From the NCBI GenBank assembly GCA_963799845.1, contig CAWCYI010000006.1, forward strand, positions 1,600,001-1,664,000: a DNA stretch of 64,000 nt, in the 5' to 3' direction. Below the pieces are notes generated by a model. It saw nothing but the letters and a program-made list of their open reading frames with translations, searched no databases and had not been told where the DNA came from. The translations under genes were made by a program, and so were the position numbers. Shown one piece after another: positions 48,902-59,632 of the stretch (its first letter is position 1; the number at the start of each line of letters is the position of its first letter). The DNA is from an uncultured Nitrososphaerota archaeon. GTDB taxonomy: Archaea > Thermoproteota > Nitrososphaeria > Nitrososphaerales > CADDZS01.

Positions 48902-49222
48902 CTAGACCGAAATGGTCTCTGAGATGCCGGTCATCTCGCGTCTTGCGCCTTCGAGAGCCTCGTCCAGCTTGTAGGAACTGCTCGGGCTTTCCAGGCTGAA
49001 GACTTTCTTAATCTCCTTGACGATGGTTTTTTCAACGATTTTTGATCCGTCGTCGCCGAATATCTCTGCAAGAATACGAGAAAGCGCTTCGGGACTTGAC
49101 ACTATTCTGTCCGACGATATACCTTCCTTCGTCATGAGGGCCCAGTAAGTGGCCTGCTTTGCATTGGATCCGAACTGGTCGAGCGCCCTGTCGACACATT
49201 GTAGGAGGTCATACATCTCCAT
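48902..49222 (-). CDS. Archaeal hypothetical protein (DUF3227/NitrOD-like)
   Basis: VDRALDQFG...PEALSRILAEIFG..SKIVEKTI. Confidence 0.65.
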   Translation of the reverse strand: MEMYDLLQCVDRALDQFGSNAKQATYWALMTKEGISSDRIVSSPEALSRILAEIFGDDGSKIVEKTIVKEIKKVFSLESPSSSYKLDEALEGARREMTGISETISV

Positions 49223-49625
49223 TGCTAAACACAGAGTCTACATGGGGTCTCTGCCGATTTATCTAAAACAGTACATTTTCCATGAGCCGTTGGAAGAGCG
49301 TTCTTTGAAAATGGCAATTCTTCCCCACTTTCGGAAAAGAATAGCTCTCCAACTTGAATTCAGACTCTTCTTGCCGCGAGCGTGATCGCCGCGGCCGGCA
49401 ACCACACTTCTTGAATCGCGAGTATCACTATCGCAAACGGCGTAGAGGCCGGGTAAACCAGACCGAGGGACCCATCACCTCGAAAGCCATTCCCGCGATG
49501 CCTAAACATTTTTGGGAATCTGGTCAGTTTTGAAGGAGTTCCGTCAGTTTTCCTATAGATTGCCTGCTCAAACAGAACCACATATCTAGCCATAGCAGAA
49601 ATTTGTGTAACCGAGCGCGAATTAC

Positions 49626-50430
49626 TTGCTTCAAACTAGGCTGGATGATAGCTCCGAAACACTGCTGCTATCGGAGATCTTCAAGTCAGTTCAGGGCGAG
49701 GGCGTGAACCTGGGGACACCTACGGTTTTCTTGAGGCTGGCGGTTTGCAATCTCCACTGCTGGTACTGCGATACAAAGTACACCTGGCTGTACAGCAACA
49801 AGACTCTCGAACTGGTGAAGAAGGACATGGAACGACTCGGAATTCCAAGTGACAAGATTCCCAAAGATATCCGAGTTTATGCGGAGGCCGAGGAAGCAAG
49901 ATCGGTTTCAGCTGGAGATGTTGAGACTGAAATTCGCAGGTTCAATCTGGATCATCTGGTAATCACGGGGGGAGAGCCGATGCTCCAGCAGAGGCAGCTA
50001 GTTCCATTGCTGCGGGGATTGAAGGCGTGGCGCGAGAACTACTTCGTCGAGGTCGAGACCAACGGCACGATAAAGCCGGATGAGAATATCCTTCCGCTCG
50101 TCGACCAGTGGAACGTCTCGCCGAAGCTCGAGAGCTCCGGAAATTCAAGATTCGCCAGAGAGAAAAAGAGCCCGCTTGAATATTTTGCCTCGCTGCGAAA
50201 CTCGTTCTTCAAATTCGTAGTTCAGGACGACGCAGATCTCGCGGAAGTTGAATCGCTCGCGAGGCAAAGTCTCGATCGCTCCCGGAAAAATTATCCTGAT
50301 GCCGGAAGGGACGGAGGCGTTAGTCCTGAAGGAGCGGATGGTCTGGCTTTCGGAAATCTGCGAAATCAAGGGGTACCGCCTTACCCCGAGGCTCCACATA
50401 CTTCTCTGGGGCAACACGCGCGGAACCTAG
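49626..50430 (+). pseudogene. queE: 7-carboxy-7-deazaguanine synthase, frameshift near 50260
   Basis: SVQGEG, CNLHCWYCDT, ITGGEP, VETNGT, SPKL; C-terminus IILMPEG...PRLHILLWG lies in another frame. Confidence 0.88.
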
Positions 50431-50807
50431 GCGAAGAGCTCGATGTAGATTCCGTTGGGATCTTCGATGTATGCCCACCGACTCGTTTTGCCCTTCATGT
50501 CGAGCACGGTCGGATAGCCGGCTTTCGCTGCTTCCTCCAGTGCCCTGTCGAGATCCTCGACCTGGAATGCGATATGATCGAGGCCCTCGCCCACGACGTA
50601 GGTTGCAGAGAACTTGCTTCCAGGCGGATAGTAGTTCAGCTCGATCATGTGTCCGTCGTCTTCGCTGACGAGGTTCACGACCTCCCCGCCGGCGGCTTCA
50701 ATTTTTGAGCGGCCGACCTCTTTCATGCCGAGCAGCTTGGTATAAAATTCTACAGATCTGTCGATATCCTTTACCCTTATTCCGGTGTAGGTCAGTTTTG
50801 CCTTCAT
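50427..50807 (-). CDS. VOC/glyoxalase family protein
   Basis: RVKDIDRSVEFYT..LGM, DHIAF, EDPNGIYIEL. Confidence 0.92.
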   Translation of the reverse strand: MKAKLTYTGIRVKDIDRSVEFYTKLLGMKEVGRSKIEAAGGEVVNLVSEDDGHMIELNYYPPGSKFSATYVVGEGLDHIAFQVEDLDRALEEAAKAGYPTVLDMKGKTSRWAYIEDPNGIYIELFA

Positions 50808-51356
50808 TGCAGTAACGAGTAAGAACACGTCTTAGAAAAACCGATTGCTGGCAAGTGACGGGACTATGCCGTTCAGCTGCGTTCGTGCCCTGTTTGAGCT
50901 ATACATAGGTGAAGGAGCTGTTTCAATTGAACAGAGCCAGAAACGAGCTGATGGAAAGCAATATGCTGAGCACACGTGCACGGTTGCAGAACTCCCCTTA
51001 GGGGATCCTCTCTGTATAGTAGCCTGAAACGAGCTCTCTCATCGGAAAACACGCGCGTGTGAAACACAAAGAGAAAATTCAGATCTGGAAGTGTAAAGCT
51101 CTTCAGCAAAGATCTGATAAATCGGGTAGAAATTTCCCGAACATCCTCGAAAACTCGAAAATCCATTACGCGCGCGCGCTCTCTAAGCTCCGTTCAGCTT
51201 GAAACGAGCTCTTCTGAGCTAACAGAGCTTGAACGTAACTCTTCGGCCAAAAAGTATGTCCGTGTGTGAAACGCAGAAAAATTTTTTCTTAATGAATCAA
51301 TGGTAACTAGTATTTGAAGAAACTTGGGAAAATAGCCCTTGTGAACTCGAAACTTA

Positions 51357-51680
51357 TTACTTCTTGCAATCAGCACATTCGCAAAGATTCCTGAGGTACT
51401 CGAAAGTATAGATTCCCAGATCGTGCCCATCGCTCCACGTAATTTTCAAACCATATTTTCCGACAGGCTCGATCGCTTCCGGGACAACTTTCGCGCTAAC
51501 ATCGGCTTTTGAAGCGGAGTAGGTTCTTCCAAAAATACCGGGCTCGCCCTGGCACATTGCGCACGGGCATGAACTCCGCAGGGAAAATGAGTCGTAATTT
51601 GATTTGTGCCCATCAGACCAGAGGATCGAAATCGTTTCCCTGTCCCCTAATTTAGAAACGTTCAACTCCAGTGGTTCCAT
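51357..51680 (-). CDS. DUF971 / gamma-butyrobetaine hydroxylase N-terminal-like protein
   Basis: WSDGH, LRSSCPCAMC, GIYTFEYLR. Confidence 0.9.
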   Translation of the reverse strand: MEPLELNVSKLGDRETISILWSDGHKSNYDSFSLRSSCPCAMCQGEPGIFGRTYSASKADVSAKVVPEAIEPVGKYGLKITWSDGHDLGIYTFEYLRNLCECADCKK

Positions 51681-51932
51681 TTTTACCCATCCTTATGTGA
51701 AAATTCTCATAGATAATAGCTTAAGGGAGAGTTTTGAAATCTGATCCTGAAGTCAAGACTAATAGTTGAAGTCAGGGGTCCCGCGATAATAGAGCTTCGA
51801 GACTATGATAGATTACTTCATGAAATCCAGAAGATTGCTTCTAAGAAATTGACCGGTTGGAAGGAAGAAGAGCACAAGGAGGAAAAATTGCTTTCTAAAC
51901 TATCGAAAGGTACACGTACATGAAAGTCGATT

Positions 51933-52175
51933 TTACTTTTTCATCATTTCTACAATAATTTCTCTATTCTCATGCGCCAGATCAGATAGAGTCTTTAGTA
52001 AACCACGTTTAGAAGCATTCCATACTTCGACGGCTACGAGTCTACCATTTCCGTCGAATCAAAGTACAACATTGCTGTCCAGAATTCTTTCATCTTTGAT
52101 ACTGACGCCTTCTGCGAGCTTTACAGCGAGGATATCCACATTGGCATCATAGGTGTTTACTGTATCAAAGTCCAT
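51933..52175 (-). pseudogene. DUF2283 protein with internal stop
   Basis: YDANVDILAVKL...VVL*FDGNGRLVAVEVWNAS; TGA at 52059-52061. Confidence 0.7.
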
Positions 52176-52194
52176 CGGCCTGCTCGTCTCAAGA

Positions 52195-53271
52195 CTACGG
52201 CTTTAGCACTGCCCTGCCTTCGATCTTGCCGGCAACCAACTTCTCAATTACTTGGTTCACATTTTCCAGCGGATAAGATTCGGACACTACCGGATTGATG
52301 ATACCCCTATCAACGAGCTGAACCATCTCCGCAAGATCCTGAAGCGTACCGGTAAAGTTGCCCATGACTTCGAGCGCCTTCAAAGGAAAGATGGGTAGCG
52401 CGAACTTTCCTTCGCCGCCGAAGAGTCCAACGAGCACGAGTCTGCCACTTCGTCCCACCGCTTCGAAGCCAAGCGAACTCGTGGCCGGCATGCCCACAAA
52501 ATCGATTGCGACATCGGCAAGCAAACCGTGGTTGATCTCTCTTATTTTCGAGGTCATTTCTTTGATTGTCAGACCTTTGCTGTTTATTGTGAAATCTGCT
52601 CCGATTTTTTCCGCGAGATTCAGTTTTGAGTCGTCTATATCGATCGCGACGACTCTTGCACCAACTGTCTTTTTCACGATCTGGATCGCAGTCGTACCCA
52701 GTCCACCTGCCCCGATAACGACGACTAGCTCGTTGGGGCCCGCCCTAGACTTTTTCACGGCGCTGAAAGTGGTCAGCCCGGAACACGCCAGCGTCGCCCC
52801 GTACTTTGGATCTACATCACCCAGAGGGATCAGATATCTCACGTCGGGAACAAGTACGTAATCAGCGTAACCACCGTCCTGAAAAATTCCAAGCGTTCGC
52901 GGCTTGTTCTCGCAAATATTCTCCATCCCGGACCTGCACTTCCGGCATGCGCCGCAACCCAACCAAGGATACACCACAACCGGATCGTCATTCTTTAGGG
53001 TGTTCTGATCAGCTTTTGCATCAGAGCCCAAACCTTCGATCGTTCCTGCGATCTCGTGTCCAAGAGTGATAGGAAGGGCGACTCCTCTGTCAGCCATCGA
53101 CAGCTTCTTTCCCTCGCCGAGATCGTATGATCCCGCAATAAGATGAACATCAGTGTGGCATACCCCCGACGCGGATACCTTTACGAGGGCTCCTCGACCG
53201 CTCAATTTCGGAATCTCAATTTCTTGAAGTTCGAGAGGCTTTCCCCACTCGACAATTCGCATGGCTTTCAA
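52195..53271 (-). CDS. Zn-dependent alcohol dehydrogenase
   Basis: CHTD, GHE, CGACRKC..C, GAGGLG. Confidence 0.95.
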   Translation of the reverse strand: MKAMRIVEWGKPLELQEIEIPKLSGRGALVKVSASGVCHTDVHLIAGSYDLGEGKKLSMADRGVALPITLGHEIAGTIEGLGSDAKADQNTLKNDDPVVVYPWLGCGACRKCRSGMENICENKPRTLGIFQDGGYADYVLVPDVRYLIPLGDVDPKYGATLACSGLTTFSAVKKSRAGPNELVVVIGAGGLGTTAIQIVKKTVGARVVAIDIDDSKLNLAEKIGADFTINSKGLTIKEMTSKIREINHGLLADVAIDFVGMPATSSLGFEAVGRSGRLVLVGLFGGEGKFALPIFPLKALEVMGNFTGTLQDLAEMVQLVDRGIINPVVSESYPLENVNQVIEKLVAGKIEGRAVLKP

Positions 53272-53315
53272 TGGTATTGATTCTCTTTGAAAGTACTAGG
53301 CAATAATCTGATCCG

Positions 53316-54209
53316 TTATGATCCAAATACTTGGCGGATGCAGTTGTCTAATTCTCGATACATTATCGTATCTGCGATGCTTGCCGTAGGATCTCGATTA
53401 TTCGTCGAAACTAGAGCAGCTGCCATTTCATGATAGTACCAGCTTTCCTGGTCTTTCGAGGCATTGAACTTGCTCCATAGCGCATCTCCCACGATTAGAT
53501 AATCTGCCATAATATCTCGGATATTAGCCAGCTTATCCGCGCATATCAAGAGCCTGAGGTCTCTACCTGATTCCCGAACTTTGTCGATTTTCTGTTGTTT
53601 CCTCAGTTTCCATGTTTTTTTCTTTTCCTCGTTTGAGACTCCCTTCGTGAGCTTTTCCTCTTCAGATGCGCCTTCTACTAGCGAACACACTTTGTCTCCA
53701 AAATTCTGCTTGATTTCGTCTCGCGATCTTGGAGTGTCCTCCAATACATCGTGAAGTACGCCTGCTATCGCGAGGTCTTCACCGGCTCCATTCTTAAGAA
53801 GGATTGACAAAACATCCAGCGGATGGACGATGTATGGGACGGTGGTCCCCTTTCTAAATTCAGCCTTGTGGGCGTCGGCTGCGAATGCGATAGCTCTTGA
53901 GATCCTGTCGAAATCGTAGCCCGCGCCAGTAGATTTCTCGCTGCTGGAAGGAGCTGCCATAGTTTGCAGTGCGGTGATCCCCTTACTCGTTATCTTCGCC
54001 ATAATTAGTTCGCCGCGCGTCAGATGAAAATCCTGTATGAACTGCACGTACTCACTCTGTCGCAGGACGTGCAAGATTTCGTTGACGATCTTGTCACTCA
54101 ACGACAGCTCTTTCATCATCGCGATGTTTGTGGCGGTCTGTTTCTGTTTCAGAAGTTCGAGCACCCGGCGCTCGTTGTTTTGAAAATCTGACATTCGAGC
54201 ATTTTTCAC
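53316..54209 (-). CDS. wHTH plus RelA/SpoT-type HD hydrolase (Mesh1/SAH-like)
   Basis: AHKAEFRKGTTVPYIVHP, LHDVLED, ADKLAN; N-terminal wHTH ending ITSKG. Confidence 0.85.
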   Translation of the reverse strand: MKNARMSDFQNNERRVLELLKQKQTATNIAMMKELSLSDKIVNEILHVLRQSEYVQFIQDFHLTRGELIMAKITSKGITALQTMAAPSSSEKSTGAGYDFDRISRAIAFAADAHKAEFRKGTTVPYIVHPLDVLSILLKNGAGEDLAIAGVLHDVLEDTPRSRDEIKQNFGDKVCSLVEGASEEEKLTKGVSNEEKKKTWKLRKQQKIDKVRESGRDLRLLICADKLANIRDIMADYLIVGDALWSKFNASKDQESWYYHEMAAALVSTNNRDPTASIADTIMYRELDNCIRQVFGS

Positions 54210-54295
54210 CCATGGATGCCGGGCGAACTCCCAAAAGCCGCCTCATAAATGTTGGTCTATTGCGTTGGTTACAAAACCGGCAAATTAGGCAGAAT

Positions 54296-55021
54296 TCAAA
54301 CACTGAGGATTGATCTAAGCGTGACTTGACCGTTGTCGTGCGAGAAGATCCATTTCGAGTTCTTGAACCTGAGCAACCTTTTCATCGAGTGTAGCAATTT
54401 GGTTCGATCGTACCCGGTCATAGCAATTTTTCTTTCCAAGTTTTCCTTTAATGGGGAGACATCACCGGAGTAGATCAAATTTTGTCCGTTAACGCTAGCA
54501 ACGACTGATTGATGTCCCAGGGTATGGCCGGGAGTGGGTATTATTTTGATGCCATCATTCAGGGCGTACTCTCCCTTCACGTAGACGTAATCCCTTACCC
54601 GTTCGTACATTTCAGGAAAGTAGGACCCTCCATTCGGATCTTTATCTAGATACTTGTCGACGAACCGAAATTCATCCTTGGCCACGTAAAACTTTGCATT
54701 CTTGAATAGGTTGTTATTGCCGCAGTGAGCCGAATGGAGATGTGTGTTGATGACCGCTGTGATTTGTTCAGGTCTTATTTTTCGGTTCGCTAGCTGGGCG
54801 AGAAGGCCCTGACCGTCCGATCTGTGTACTCTGCTCCCCAGATCTCCAAACTTTCCTCCCCGAGGAATTTCTCCAAACCCGGTGTCTACGAGTATCTTGT
54901 CATTTGGAGTGATCAACAGTAGGCTCTTTGATATTCCCGAGTAAGTGCCATGCTCGCCGGGAAGGAAGATATTTTTTTCCACATCAAAGACTGAATCGAT
55001 TAGGAGACTGGCCTTCACCAT
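54296..55021 (-). CDS. MBL-fold hydrolase (AHL-lactonase-like)
   Basis: VDTG, THLHSAH, TPGHTLGH, SGD, SHD; Asp of HxHxDH replaced by Ala. Confidence 0.88.
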   Translation of the reverse strand: MVKASLLIDSVFDVEKNIFLPGEHGTYSGISKSLLLITPNDKILVDTGFGEIPRGGKFGDLGSRVHRSDGQGLLAQLANRKIRPEQITAVINTHLHSAHCGNNNLFKNAKFYVAKDEFRFVDKYLDKDPNGGSYFPEMYERVRDYVYVKGEYALNDGIKIIPTPGHTLGHQSVVASVNGQNLIYSGDVSPLKENLERKIAMTGYDRTKLLHSMKRLLRFKNSKWIFSHDNGQVTLRSILSV

Positions 55022-55175
55022 GGTTTCTTTCGAGACAGTTCCGTTATTCTATAAATGAATTGATTTTTTCTCGGGTATCCTTTCGTGCTTGATTCCTAGT
55101 GTCCTCTGGTTGTGCTGGTGGCCTTACGGTGATTCTCGATCTCTTTAGCACCAGAATAGTTAGAGTTACTATTTC

Positions 55176-55682
55176 TTAACCGATGAATGATGCCCTAACT
55201 TCCTGTTTGATAATACTCGAAGTCGAATACCGCTCAAAAAGGCACGTAAATATCCCTGACGCATTTCGAACGTCCAATACTGCATTCAACACTTTTTCTT
55301 TCGTCATGGTATCATAGTAGACCCTACGCGAAGCAAGTTCGAAACTGCGCATCTCCTTTGGAGGGTTCGGTCTGATCAGGTGATACCAGATTCCGTTGTT
55401 TGATAGAAGGGCAATGCTAAGATCGCGCAGAAACTCTGATCTCTTCCTCATATCCATGGATTCCAAGAAAACCTGGTCTTTTTCTCCCGTCAGATCGAAT
55501 GAAGCTGAAACTGAAAACGAATCAAGAAACTGGGTCGAATGAACTACAAACATTATCGTGCCGTAGACGTTGATCTTGAAAGTAAAATAGGCATCCGGAT
55601 TTTTTACCTCCTCAGGAGAGAGCCGCTCCTCAACGAGCCAGGTCTTTATCTTCTCCCTCGAATCCTCGATTCTATTTCCCAA
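55176..55682 (-). CDS. DUF2299-like archaeal protein
   Basis: IKTWLVEE...DAYFTF...RVYYDTMTK. Confidence 0.75.
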   Translation of the reverse strand: MGNRIEDSREKIKTWLVEERLSPEEVKNPDAYFTFKINVYGTIMFVVHSTQFLDSFSVSASFDLTGEKDQVFLESMDMRKRSEFLRDLSIALLSNNGIWYHLIRPNPPKEMRSFELASRRVYYDTMTKEKVLNAVLDVRNASGIFTCLFERYSTSSIIKQEVRASFIG

Positions 55683-55855
55683 GACAGCGGAAAAATCATG
55701 TTCGGCTGAGTCTTATTCGTTAAGATAATCGCGTTCAGATCTGACAATCTTATTCTAAATCAGAACGCGGCATTCATCTGAATTACACTCCGAAGGAGAT
55801 GAAGTGACCAGAATTCGAGTTACTGTCAATCGGTTTTTCGATAATGCCAGGCTTA

Positions 55856-56185
55856 CTAAACAGTCAATTGCTGCTTGTAGTGTTTCATGCCCAGTGATAC
55901 AATTTCATTCATAATCTTGGAGATATTTTCCCCTCCGGTTTCGCTTCGAGCGAGGTGGGCAAGCCTATCGTACATTTCACTGTCCAGCAAAACATTGACA
56001 GTTCTCATTCTCTTTCTGATGTTTGACTCCCTCGATAAGATTCGTCTGTTTGGTACTTCGACGCCATTCAGCGTCAGGAACTTTCCGCAGTTGCTGCACT
56101 TTTGAAGGGTGGTCACTTGCGTGATTCCATCAAATTTTACTGAATAAGTCCCGAATTCACTAACCTCAAGGTGCTCGCAGGCCAT
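55856..56185 (-). CDS. Zinc ribbon plus RHH small regulator
   Basis: CEH...CSNCG; RTVNVLLDSEMYDRL...NISKIMNEIV. Confidence 0.65.
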   Translation of the reverse strand: MACEHLEVSEFGTYSVKFDGITQVTTLQKCSNCGKFLTLNGVEVPNRRILSRESNIRKRMRTVNVLLDSEMYDRLAHLARSETGGENISKIMNEIVSLGMKHYKQQLTV

Positions 56186-56385
56186 GGTCTATTGAAAGAG
56201 CTTCGCTGCTTATAAGATTGCGATTCTCTAGGGGAATCACGGATTTTCAGAATCAAATATGACATAAGTAATCACAACCCGTCGTAGAATCCTTCAGCTC
56301 GGCGGAAAGAGAGGGTCATTATCTGAGGTCCAGTGCCCAAAATATTTGGGGGTAGGGCTGACAGTAAGTCAGCCCATGTCAGACC

Positions 56386-57285
56386 CTACGTTTTCTGCTG
56401 CGGAGTTGGAACAGGTATCGTCGTTGGTTGTTCCGGAACTTTTTGCCGGTTCTTGAGATACTTGTACAGCAGCATTATGTCAATAGCGAGTACCAGACCC
56501 CAGAATGAATACGAGACGTACGCGGACAATTTGAATAGGTTCAAGAACACTTGGGAGAGTCCAAAACCTACGACACCCGCGTTGAACGCCATTGCAAACC
56601 GCCTGAAAGTTTCGACTGAGATCTTACTGACGATTATCATGCCTAGGGGTATTCCAAGGAGGACCGGGAGAGCGGTAACTGTAAACAACTGCAACGTCGA
56701 AGCAGTGAAGAGGCCTAGGAGAGCGTAAGAGATGCATGTCAGATAAGATTCTGCAATTCTCACTTGCGCGACGGCGGCTTTGAACTCGTTCTTGGCCATC
56801 CCTTGATTGCTCCAGAATAGCGCTATCGGCGGGCCGGAGATTGTCGTGATCGAGTAAAGTAGCCCGATTCCCATTCCGAGTGGGACGCCCGCCGCGGACT
56901 CTTTCTTAATCGGTTTTCTAAAACCAGCCGCTTGGAGCAAAATCAGGGGCAGTAGCACTGCATAAACTGCAAACTTGACCCATAGGGGTGCAACGAGGTT
57001 TAGAAGGTAGCTGCCGACGATCACTCCGGGAACTATCGGGATCACGATAGGAATTACCCGCCTGAAAGTTGCCTTTATGTTCGCCTTTCCGGCAAAGCCG
57101 AGCATCACCGTATTCATGCATGCTTCAACCAGGACGTAGACCGGGTTGATTATCTTGTTCGCGATGACTAGAATTGCCAAAGGAACTGAAAGCGAAGAAT
57201 ACCCGTAACCCAACCCACCGTTGACAAATGAAGCAGCGAGAGACAGGAGCGCCAAGAAGATTAGAAGTTCGAGGCTGAATACCAA
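56386..57285 (-). CDS. TauE/SafE (TSUP) family transporter
   Basis: ASFVNGGLGYGY, TISGPP; multi-TM. Confidence 0.88.
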   Translation of the reverse strand: MVFSLELLIFLALLSLAASFVNGGLGYGYSSLSVPLAILVIANKIINPVYVLVEACMNTVMLGFAGKANIKATFRRVIPIVIPIVPGVIVGSYLLNLVAPLWVKFAVYAVLLPLILLQAAGFRKPIKKESAAGVPLGMGIGLLYSITTISGPPIALFWSNQGMAKNEFKAAVAQVRIAESYLTCISYALLGLFTASTLQLFTVTALPVLLGIPLGMIIVSKISVETFRRFAMAFNAGVVGFGLSQVFLNLFKLSAYVSYSFWGLVLAIDIMLLYKYLKNRQKVPEQPTTIPVPTPQQKT

Positions 57286-57553
57286 TCTAGATTCGGAAAT
57301 AAGATTCCTGATCTACCTAATTATCCATAATTATGACCGCAATTGAAACGTAAGATTTGCGTATATTGTTCGTGCGATTCGCAGGCCTTGCGGTCAAAGT
57401 GCACTAACATTTCGACAATCGATACCCACAAAATTTCCATTATTTCCGTGTATCGAAAATCGAATACATTCAAATCCCTAGAGATAATGTCCTCTTAGGG
57501 CGATCTATCAATGTTATCGCCCGATTGCAAGTGCGAAAAGGGGTTCGAAATTT

Positions 57554-59485
57554 TCACGATGCTTTAGAAATGTCGATCTTAATTTTCTCGAAAAGCTTTG
57601 CAAATCGCGGATCCTTTCTAGCTGCAGCAAAGAGCGGAGATCGCAGCAAAGTGCTCGCATACAACGTGTGGTTTTCCGCCGCTTGAAACATTAGCTCGAA
57701 GAACTTGTCGATATCTCCAAGCGCGTAGTAGATCAGTCCGATCGAACCCGAGATTGATGAGCCCTCGGGGAAATTATCCTTCAGTTTCTTTATGACCTCC
57801 TCCGCTTTAGCCTTGTCCTGGCGCAGGGCCGCCAGGTATCCGGTATTTAGGAGAGTGAATTCGCCTTGCGGCTGGATCTTTTCCATCTCCTGAATCGCAG
57901 CTTCAGCTTGAGCATAATTTCCCGTGCTCATGTAATAATCCGACAAGGATCGATAAGTATTGTAAGGATCAAGATTCAGTGTCCTTTTCCAGTGTTCCAT
58001 GGCGGCTTCGATTTTTCCGGCGTAAAACAAAGCTAGGCCAAGTCGCCGAATTACTCGTGGCGACAGCGGATCAAGCTGGTATGCTGTTTCAAGTACATTG
58101 ACCCATTCATCAATGCTTCCCTTTAGAGCGATGTATTCCCCGAGCAGAGCGTAAGCGTCGGACAAACTCGGATTGAGTTCGATAGCCTTCTTGGCCTCAA
58201 CGGCGCTCGCATCGATGTCATCTGACATATACGCCAACTCTGCGAGGACCGCGTGAGCCTCCGGGAGTGATTCGTCGATGGCGAGAGCATTCCGCACCGC
58301 ACCTCTCGCGCTTCCGATGGATTCCTCCCACGTGATAAAGTTCCATGATCCAAGTGCAAGGTATCCCTGTGCGACACCGATGTATGCCCTGGCAAACGAA
58401 GGATCCGTTTCAAGTGCCCGGTAGAAAAAGCGTAGCGCCTGGCGAAGTGGTTCTTGTGTCGTGCTATGCACAAGCTGCTTCCCCTGGAGGAAATACATGT
58501 AGGCCTTCACGTCTTCCGTCTTTGAAACTGTTCTCTCAGGTTTCAGCTTCACAATGCTCGAGGGAATCGCTTCAGATACTCTGGCAGCTATGTCGCTCTG
58601 AACCGCGAAAATATCGTCGAGACTCCGGTCGTAATTCGAGGCCCAGAGATGCTCCTCCGTGTTAACATCTATCATCTGGACTGTTACTCGGATGCGGTTA
58701 GCGGCCTTTCTGACGCTTCCTTCTACGACAGTCCCGACGCCTAACTCCTTTCCGATTTCCGAAACACTCTTCTCCTTTTTCTTGTAATTCATGACAGAAG
58801 TTCGGGCAATGATTTTCAGACCCTTCACGAGTGAGAGGTTTGCGATCAATTCCTCAGTCAGACCATCTGCGAAGAATTCGTCATTCGGATCTGGACTGAT
58901 GTTGACAAACGGCAACACTGCAATTCGGTTCGTCGGAAGAGAACCACTTGAGTATTCGTCGATTTTTTCCCAGGGCAGCTCAAGCCGGTAGACGTCGATT
59001 GTTTGAGCAACATTCTTGAGAGGAACTGTTTCTATTTTCGTCATCTTGTAAGGAATCTTGTTCCTAACCTGGTCGTACACTTGACCGGAGATGCAAATCC
59101 CTCCTCCTTTTGCCAGAGGCTCGATTCTCGACGCTATATTGACCGCATCACCGTAAACGTCGCCCTGGGAATGAATTACATCCCCGACGTGTATTCCGAT
59201 CCTGACGTTGATCTCGTCTGAAGTCGTGCCCCTAAATTCATGCAATGTCTTCTGTATTTCAAAACCACACTCAGTGGCTTGAAGCGCGCTGTTGAATTCG
59301 ACGAGAAAGGCATCTCCAATCGTCTTGATCTCGTGGCCGCCATATCTTAACAGAACGGGTCGGACAAGTACCCTCTGGCGTTCAAGCAGATTGAGCGCAA
59401 GGGATTCGTTGTTCTGAGTGATGGCAGTGTAACCTACCATATCGGTGAACATTATCGCCGATAGTCTGCGTTCGCCGTCTGCCAA
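57554..59485 (-). CDS. Class III adenylate/guanylate cyclase plus TolB-N-like and TPR domains
   Basis: MFTDMVGYT, KTIGDA, RIGIHVGDV, GDAVNIASR, IAVLPF, TPRs. Confidence 0.93.
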   Translation of the reverse strand: MADGERRLSAIMFTDMVGYTAITQNNESLALNLLERQRVLVRPVLLRYGGHEIKTIGDAFLVEFNSALQATECGFEIQKTLHEFRGTTSDEINVRIGIHVGDVIHSQGDVYGDAVNIASRIEPLAKGGGICISGQVYDQVRNKIPYKMTKIETVPLKNVAQTIDVYRLELPWEKIDEYSSGSLPTNRIAVLPFVNISPDPNDEFFADGLTEELIANLSLVKGLKIIARTSVMNYKKKEKSVSEIGKELGVGTVVEGSVRKAANRIRVTVQMIDVNTEEHLWASNYDRSLDDIFAVQSDIAARVSEAIPSSIVKLKPERTVSKTEDVKAYMYFLQGKQLVHSTTQEPLRQALRFFYRALETDPSFARAYIGVAQGYLALGSWNFITWEESIGSARGAVRNALAIDESLPEAHAVLAELAYMSDDIDASAVEAKKAIELNPSLSDAYALLGEYIALKGSIDEWVNVLETAYQLDPLSPRVIRRLGLALFYAGKIEAAMEHWKRTLNLDPYNTYRSLSDYYMSTGNYAQAEAAIQEMEKIQPQGEFTLLNTGYLAALRQDKAKAEEVIKKLKDNFPEGSSISGSIGLIYYALGDIDKFFELMFQAAENHTLYASTLLRSPLFAAARKDPRFAKLFEKIKIDISKAS

Positions 59486-59632
59486 TTGTCCTCAAACTTC
59501 GAGGGAATCTCGAAGATAAAAACAGTTTTCGGAATATTCGAGGGTTATCTGACTTTGGAGGAAGATTCAATCATTTTGCATCCAAATCTCTCGCAATACT
59601 ATTATCCCTGAACTTGCGCGCTTCTTGCGAGC

